A program made the position numbers and the translations under genes. Positions 58,203 through 64,000 of a DNA stretch of 64,000 bases are shown one piece after another (position 1 is the first letter of the stretch; the number at the start of each line of letters is the position of its first letter). Source of the DNA: Rickettsiales bacterium. Lineage in GTDB: Bacteria > Pseudomonadota > Alphaproteobacteria > Rickettsiales > UBA1997. The notes under the pieces are model-generated. The model was given only the letters and a program-made list of their open reading frames with translations. It had not been told where the DNA came from and did not search any database. The DNA lies in the NCBI GenBank assembly GCA_020054695.1, contig JAHXBT010000016.1, positions 101,680-165,679 of the forward strand, given 5' to 3'.

Positions 58203-59126
58203 TTAATAATTAAATTTAGCAGTAGAAATTAGATATTGTACCATATCATCAAATGTAATATTAACACATTTGCCAATTTTTGGAACCAAAGAAGTTGAAG
58301 TAAATCCCGGTTGGGTATTCATTTCCAAAAAATATATTTTATCATCTTCACCTAAAATCAACTCTACCCTTTTAATTCCACTACAATTTAGTAATTTATG
58401 ACATTTTAATGAGACATCCATAATTTCATGATACTTTTTTTCTGCTATTTGGGCAGGAATTATATATTGAGTTGAATCATCTACATATTTACTGTTATAA
58501 TCAAAAAAATCAGCATCTGGAATAACTTCACAAATTCCAAGAGCCTTATTATCCATTATAGCAATTTGCAATTCTCTTCCCTTAATATATTGTTGTATGA
58601 TAATTTTATTACCAAACTGCCAATCATAATTAGAGATATCAAAATCACCTTTTATTATTTGTACACCAGCACTAGAGCCTTCGTTAATTGGTTTTATTAC
58701 AAATGGTCTTGGAAAATCTTTAATAATTTCTAAAGCATATTTTATATCATCTCTTTCTATTATTTTAGTCTTAGGGTCATAAAGATTGTCAATATTTTGA
58801 GTACAAATATTACTTGCCATAATCTTATTCATAGCAATTGCTGAAGCTGTGCATCCAGAGTGAGTGTAAGGTATTTTTAAGAAATCTAAGATAGATTGTA
58901 TTCTTCCATCCTCACCAAACCTACCATGCAACGCGTTAAAAACCAATTTTGGCTGTAACTTTTGAATATTATCTAAAAATTTACCATCAAAAAATAATTT
59001 TTGAGTATTATACCCCATCCTTATCAAAGACTCAAAAACATTATCACCTGTTACTTGAGAAACTTTAGCTTCGGCATTATCGCCACCATATAAGACTAAT
59101 ATTAAATCTTGCTTTTTGATTTCCAT
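58203..59126 (-). CDS. ddl: D-alanine--D-alanine ligase
   Basis: 307 aa. ALHGRFGEDGRIQ, KPINEGSSAGV and FLEMNTQPGFT. Confidence 0.93.
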   Translation of the reverse strand: MEIKKQDLILVLYGGDNAEAKVSQVTGDNVFESLIRMGYNTQKLFFDGKFLDNIQKLQPKLVFNALHGRFGEDGRIQSILDFLKIPYTHSGCTASAIAMNKIMASNICTQNIDNLYDPKTKIIERDDIKYALEIIKDFPRPFVIKPINEGSSAGVQIIKGDFDISNYDWQFGNKIIIQQYIKGRELQIAIMDNKALGICEVIPDADFFDYNSKYVDDSTQYIIPAQIAEKKYHEIMDVSLKCHKLLNCSGIKRVELILGEDDKIYFLEMNTQPGFTSTSLVPKIGKCVNITFDDMVQYLISTAKFNY

Positions 59127-59170
59127 TACTTTTGTATAAAAATTACATTTTTTCCAACTTAAAAACTTCT

Positions 59171-59458
59171 TTAAAGGTTGGACGTATTATTGCTATTTTT
59201 TAATCTTTTTTTAGCTTCTATTTCATCCATCAAATGACCCAATAAATCTTCAAATGGAACATTATGCTTATCAGATGTTTCTTTTATTTGAGAAATTGAT
59301 TTCATAAATTCATCAGGTATTTTACCTCCAGAAGTAGCAGCAAGCCATTTAGCTTGAAACCCAAGAGGATGAGATTCTACTGATGGATTGCCAACATAAA
59401 ATGGAACTTTTTGTGTTATACCATTAAAATCACAATCTATAATAATTTTACGAGCCAT
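59171..59458 (-). CDS. Conserved-looking small hypothetical protein
   Basis: 95 aa with non-low-complexity sequence (VPFYVGNPSVESHPLGFQAKWL). The start overlaps the trpD stop by 11 nt. Confidence 0.55.
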   Translation of the reverse strand: MARKIIIDCDFNGITQKVPFYVGNPSVESHPLGFQAKWLAATSGGKIPDEFMKSISQIKETSDKHNVPFEDLLGHLMDEIEAKKRLKNSNNTSNL

Positions 59459-60434
59459 TTTTTATTTTATTTAATAATTTTAGCGGTAAATTTTTCTCTA
59501 AACAATCTCTTGCCACCAATAAACAATTAGAAATATCTCCAAATTTTCCACTTAAAAGCAACAAATATGCAGAATTAATTGTTACAATATCATTATATTC
59601 ATCTTTTTGTCCAGAAAATAATTGCAACATTCTTTGATAATTATATTCCGGATTTTTTCCTTTAATATCCTTTATGTCTGATATTGGAATTCCAAAATCA
59701 GATGGAGAAATTATATTTTGAATAATTTCCTGATCCTTTATATCCCATAAAATAGTTTTATCACTAATGGAAATTTCATCCATACCATCTAAAGAGTGAA
59801 CTATCATTACCCTCTTTTTGTTCAATTTTTGACACACTTTTGCCATTATATATGATATTTTTTTATCACTACAGCCAATTAGTTGGTAATTTGGATTAGA
59901 TGGGTTTAATAATGGTCCTAAATAATTAAAAATAGTCTTAATAGATAATTCTGATCTTACTTTAGAAACATTTTTAAAAGATGGGTGAAAGATTGGTGCA
60001 AATAAAAAAGCTAAATTAAAATCCTTGATATGTTGAATAATTCGTTGTTCTTCTTGCAACATCTCTACACCCATCTGAGAAAAAATATCTGCTGACCCAG
60101 ATTTAGAGGACACAGATTTGTTACCATGTTTTGCAACTTTTAACCCCAATGCTGCAACAACAAAACAAACAGCAGTCGAAATATTAAGAGTGTTAAGCCC
60201 GTCACCACCTGTACCACAAACATCAAAAATATCGCCAGAAATATTTATTTTCCTACATCTTTTAGTAAATGATTGGATTGCGGCTAATAATAAATTTTCT
60301 GTGATACCAATTTGATTTATTTTGAGTAAAATATCCTCAATTTCATTATCTAATAATTTGCCATCAGCAATTTGGCAAAAAATATAATAAGAATCCTCAA
60401 AATTGATATTTTTATTTAGATTTAAACTTAACAA
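59448..60434 (-). CDS. trpD: Anthranilate phosphoribosyltransferase
   Basis: 328 aa. DVCGTGGDGLNTLNISTA, KHGNKSVSSKSGSADI and HPSFKNV. Confidence 0.92.
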   Translation of the reverse strand: MLSLNLNKNINFEDSYYIFCQIADGKLLDNEIEDILLKINQIGITENLLLAAIQSFTKRCRKINISGDIFDVCGTGGDGLNTLNISTAVCFVVAALGLKVAKHGNKSVSSKSGSADIFSQMGVEMLQEEQRIIQHIKDFNLAFLFAPIFHPSFKNVSKVRSELSIKTIFNYLGPLLNPSNPNYQLIGCSDKKISYIMAKVCQKLNKKRVMIVHSLDGMDEISISDKTILWDIKDQEIIQNIISPSDFGIPISDIKDIKGKNPEYNYQRMLQLFSGQKDEYNDIVTINSAYLLLLSGKFGDISNCLLVARDCLEKNLPLKLLNKIKNGS

Positions 60435-60948
60435 TTTCTGTTTTAATTAAACAAATTAAAGTTATGGCAAAAAGACAATAAAGTGCATTCAAAGTTGCGA
60501 ATGTAATTCCAAAAAATTTAAAAGATGGTTCATCACATTTGACTGCTTTTTTAACCATAATAATTTCTGTTAATTCATTAATGTTAGACATGTTTAAAAT
60601 ATTTGCACCAGAGCAACTATTGGGAAGTGCAAATATTTTCTGCTCAACTCCAGTATGATAAAGAGCTAAAATCATATTGACAAAAAATAGTAAAATAACC
60701 AAATAAATAGTATAATTTTTAAATTTTAAACTTTTAAGAAACACGAGGGGAATTAATGCCAAAAACAGTATTGCAAAAAAAGGTATTCTTTGATATGAAC
60801 AAAGATTACATGGCTCTAATCCAAATACATACTGGGCTACATACACTAATAGTAAAGGAAAAAACGACAATATAAATATTAGTTTATTAAGACCTGGAAA
60901 CTCAACATTAATTTTATATGTGCCAATTTTTTTTATTAACCCCTTCAT
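60412..60948 (-). CDS. DsbB-family disulfide oxidoreductase (membrane)
   Basis: 178 aa with 4 TM segments. First periplasmic loop has CNLCSYQRIPFF (CxxC), and a second Cys pair lies in the long loop (CSG...CDE). Confidence 0.72.
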   Translation of the reverse strand: MKGLIKKIGTYKINVEFPGLNKLIFILSFFPLLLVYVAQYVFGLEPCNLCSYQRIPFFAILFLALIPLVFLKSLKFKNYTIYLVILLFFVNMILALYHTGVEQKIFALPNSCSGANILNMSNINELTEIIMVKKAVKCDEPSFKFFGITFATLNALYCLFAITLICLIKTEIVKFKSK

Positions 60949-61087
60949 AAAAATTAATTACTTGTTTACCTAAAAAAATTTCATAACATATGGTTGCTAT
61001 TCAATTTCTTACTAACTAAAAAAACTACTGTTATTTATTGATATATCAAGTTATTTTTATAGTATAAAAAAATGTAAAAATATATTA

Positions 61088-62056
61088 ATGGAAGAATTTG
61101 AAATTATTAACAAATATTTTAAGAAAATATCTTTAAACAGCCCAGCTGCTTGTAAATTAGATAATGATGTTGCTAATTTTTCAATTGAAAATGATCAACA
61201 ATTAATTATTAGTAAAGATATTATGGTAGAAAATATCCATTTTGGAAGTAATTACACAGCTGACCAAATTGCTCATAAATTATTAGCTAGTAATTTATCT
61301 GACCTTGCATCTGCTGGTGCAAAACCTCACTCCTATATGTTAGGTTTTTCTAAAAATAATAACATTGACAAAAATTTTATAACATCATTTTGTTCTAAAT
61401 TAGAAACGTTATCTAAGGAATACAATATTTCACTAATTGGAGGTGATACAGTGTCATCAAATTCTGATCTCTTTTTTTCTATTACCATTTTGGGTACCTG
61501 CCCTAAAAATAAGATATTATCAAGATCAAAAGCTAGAGATAAGGATTTAATTTTTATATCTGGAAATATTGGAGATTCCTATATGGGTTTACAAATATTA
61601 CAAAATAAAATTAATATTACAGATAATACTACTAAAAATTATTTTCTAAATAGACATCATTATCCCACCGCAAGAGTAAGTCTTGGGATAAAAATTTTAA
61701 ATAGGGATTTATCAAGAACTGCTATTGATATTTCAGATGGTTTATTTGCAGATTTAAATCATATTTGCCAAAATTCAAAATTAAGTGCTAATATTTTTTT
61801 AGATAAGATACCAATATCAAGTTATTGTCATAATCTACAAATAGATAAAATGAAATTATTTTCAGGAGGAGAAGATTATGAATTAATTTTTACAGCAAAA
61901 GAAAATAAAAGAGAAGAGATCGCCCTTTTATCCCAAGAGTTAAATTTAAATATTACAGAAATAGTATTTTTATCAAAATACAATGATAGAAAAATAAAAT
62001 TATTCGATCAAAATAATAATAAGATAGAAATTAAAAAATACGGGTATGAACATTAG
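61088..62056 (+). CDS. thiL: Thiamine-monophosphate kinase
   Basis: 322 aa. EFEIINKYF, SKDIMVENIHF, NLSDLASAGAKP, GGDTV, AIDISDGL and SGGEDYELIFT. Confidence 0.9.
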   Translation: MEEFEIINKYFKKISLNSPAACKLDNDVANFSIENDQQLIISKDIMVENIHFGSNYTADQIAHKLLASNLSDLASAGAKPHSYMLGFSKNNNIDKNFITSFCSKLETLSKEYNISLIGGDTVSSNSDLFFSITILGTCPKNKILSRSKARDKDLIFISGNIGDSYMGLQILQNKINITDNTTKNYFLNRHHYPTARVSLGIKILNRDLSRTAIDISDGLFADLNHICQNSKLSANIFLDKIPISSYCHNLQIDKMKLFSGGEDYELIFTAKENKREEIALLSQELNLNITEIVFLSKYNDRKIKLFDQNNNKIEIKKYGYEH

Positions 62057-62612
62057 TTTTACAATTTTAAACAAAATATTTAACAAAATAAATAATTATA
62101 AATTTTTTATAATTACTGCATTGTTGTTTATAAATTCCTGTGGTTTTACATCTGTTTATTACAATGAGAAATCAGAGTCTAAAACAGATAATTATCATAA
62201 TGAACTAATATTGGTAAAAATTAAAAAATACAGATCCAACATAAGTCGTGAGTTATACAGAGATTTAACTGGTATATTAAACCCACATAACCTTGAAACC
62301 GAAAAAAAATATTTATTAGACATCAAATTAAAAGATAAACTATCCTCCACCTTTACAACTTCAACTGGATCTTCCGGTAGAAATAAAATAACTTTAATTG
62401 CCAATTACAAATTAACGGATATAGAGAGTGGAGCACTTATTGGTTATGGAAAGTCTGATGAAAGTAGTGATTTTGATGTTAGTTATAAAAGATTTGCCAA
62501 TTACACAACTGAGGAGAGAGTTAAGCTTGATCTAACAGAATTAATAGCAAAAGATATTAGGAATATGATAATTAATGATCTATATAAATTATGCCAGAAT
62601 TGCCAGAAGTAG
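62046..62612 (+). CDS. Lipoprotein, LptE-like (LPS-assembly lipoprotein candidate)
   Basis: 188 aa. Lipobox FINSCGFTSVY resembles the CGF.P.Y start of alphaproteobacterial LptE. The assignment is otherwise weak. Confidence 0.5.
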   Translation: MNISFTILNKIFNKINNYKFFIITALLFINSCGFTSVYYNEKSESKTDNYHNELILVKIKKYRSNISRELYRDLTGILNPHNLETEKKYLLDIKLKDKLSSTFTTSTGSSGRNKITLIANYKLTDIESGALIGYGKSDESSDFDVSYKRFANYTTEERVKLDLTELIAKDIRNMIINDLYKLCQNCQK

Positions 62613-63421
62613 AAACGGTATGCCGTGGTTTAAAAAAAAATATTATTGATAGGAAGATAAAAATAGTTAATATTTCAAATAAAAATTTAAGATTTCCTTA
62701 TCCCAGCTATTTTATTAAAAACCTACGAGATAGAATCGTCACCAAAATAACTCGTAGAGCAAGATATATATTAATATATTTAAATGATGAGCAAGTTTTA
62801 TTAATACATTTAGGAATGACCGGGAAATTAAATTTCCACATAAATAATGATAAACCCATTGCCCAAAACCATGATCACATTGTGATTAAGTTTTTTGATA
62901 ATTCTTATTTGATTTACAATGATGTAAGGAGGTTTGGTTTTGTTGATTTGTTTCATTCAAAAGAAGAATCAAAACATAAAATACTAAAGCATTTAGCAAT
63001 AGAACCATTAAGTGACGATTTTAATGTTAAATATTTACAAGAAAAACTAAGAAACAAATCCATAAATATAAAAAATATTATGATGGATAATAAAATAGTT
63101 GTCGGTGTTGGAAATATTTATATTAATGAATCTTTGTTTTTATCAAGCATATTGCCAACAAGGCCAGCAAATAAAGTAAAAACTAAAGAATTAGAAAATT
63201 TAATATATAATATTAAAAATATCTTACAAAGAGCAATTGATAAAGGGGGGTCAACACTCAGAGATTATCAACAGCTAAATGGAGATGTCGGTAATTTCCA
63301 ATTTGATTTTAAAGTTTATGGTAAGGAGGGAGATAAATGTTCTAATTGTATAAAAGGCAAAATTATTAGGATAAAGCAATCTGGTCGATCTAGTTTTTTC
63401 TGCCCAAATTGTCAAAGGTAA
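62591..63421 (+). CDS. mutM: Formamidopyrimidine-DNA glycosylase
   Basis: 276 aa. MPELPEVE N-terminus, H2TH region, and the C-terminal zinc finger CSNC...CPNCQ. Confidence 0.95.
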   Translation: MPELPEVETVCRGLKKNIIDRKIKIVNISNKNLRFPYPSYFIKNLRDRIVTKITRRARYILIYLNDEQVLLIHLGMTGKLNFHINNDKPIAQNHDHIVIKFFDNSYLIYNDVRRFGFVDLFHSKEESKHKILKHLAIEPLSDDFNVKYLQEKLRNKSINIKNIMMDNKIVVGVGNIYINESLFLSSILPTRPANKVKTKELENLIYNIKNILQRAIDKGGSTLRDYQQLNGDVGNFQFDFKVYGKEGDKCSNCIKGKIIRIKQSGRSSFFCPNCQR

Positions 63422-63486
63422 AGCCTTGTTTGATATAAAAATTAGAATTACTAATCTCTTTCAAGTTAAGGGTTAAAAAAATAAGT

Positions 63487-64000
63487 TTATTCAACCGGAA
63501 CTGTAACAGATCTTCTATTCTTTGACCAAATATCTTTTCCATGACCTATCATTGCTGGTTTTTCCTTACCATAACTAATAGTTTTTATTCTATCTGCACT
63601 AACGCCATTAGCAATTAAATAATCTCTAGAAGCATTAGCTCTCTTTTCACCAAGTGCAATATTATATTCTCTAGTACCTCTTTCATCGCAATGACCTTCT
63701 ATAGTAATCTTGATACCCGACTCAGATTTTAACCACTCAGATTGACCATCTAATACTTTTTTAGCTTCATTAGTCAACTTGGAGCTATTTAAAGAAAAGA
63801 ATACTCTATCTTCAACCTCAATTTCTTCAGATATATCGCTTGAAACCTCTTCATTTATCTTTGTAGCTTCGTCTTTATTACTAACCGTTTCATATACACC
63901 TTTTTTTTGATCATTGACAGAATCATTTGTTAGATCCGTCGAATTCCTGGAAACGCATGATGAAATTAAGATTATTAAGGCAACAGAAAATAATTTTTTA
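63487..64000 (-). CDS. pal: Peptidoglycan-associated lipoprotein Pal (OmpA domain), 5' end beyond window
   Basis: OmpA-C core is ITIEGHCDERGTREYNIALGEKRA. The track 'M' at 63777 is an in-frame TTG. My manual translation stays open to 63999 and reads ...KKLFSVALIILISSC (lipobox), so the start codon lies just outside the window. Confidence 0.85.
   Translation of the reverse strand, partial: KKLFSVALIILISSCVSRNSTDLTNDSVNDQKKGVYETVSNKDEATKINEEVSSDISEEIEVEDRVFFSLNSSKLTNEAKKVLDGQSEWLKSESGIKITIEGHCDERGTREYNIALGEKRANASRDYLIANGVSADRIKTISYGKEKPAMIGHGKDIWSKNRRSVTVPVE

Overview
This is an AT-rich, tightly packed chromosomal segment. No statistics were computed and all homology calls rest on motifs read by eye. 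Gene content and style suggest a free-living marine alphaproteobacterium of the SAR11/Pelagibacterales type, which is inference only. I support about 58 CDS and 2 tRNAs, tRNA-Phe(GAA) and tRNA-Pro(UGG). I found no rRNA, CRISPR array, transposase, integrase or phage genes. Most genes are housekeeping: purM, csp, ftsY, bamD, thiolase, nlpD-like, pilD, pyrD, ald, PBP1A, ilvC, dapA, uvrA, aroC, tsaE, holA, lysC, glnII, truA, sppA, nfu, ffh, gcvT/H, secG, gpmI, ddl, trpD, thiL, mutM and pal. Many have overlapping or near-zero junctions. The stand-out is an apparently self-contained block at 30514-41958. It encodes a 2063-aa single-module type I polyketide synthase (KS-AT-DH-KR-ACP-TE), then an Sfp-type phosphopantetheinyl transferase whose TTG start overlaps the PKS stop. 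Next come a 1203-aa multi-TM hybrid histidine kinase (GAF-like, HisKA, HATPase, two receivers, HPt) 2 nt further on, and a parvulin PPIase 6 nt after that. A hairpin plus T-run terminator and a 379-nt spacer precede the block, and a 483-nt non-coding spacer follows it. I read it as a candidate PKS-based make-and-sense (autoinducer-like) module, which is a hypothesis. Other items worth a second look:
- A stand-alone C-terminal IleRS fragment coupled to purM.
- An orphan prepilin peptidase abutting a 776-aa Cys-rich repeat protein with Ig-like and PAN/Apple-like parts.
- An 821-bp non-coding gap.
- A tautomerase gene wedged between gcvT and gcvH, in a string that starts at tRNA-Pro.
- A membrane-anchored Hsp20-like protein.
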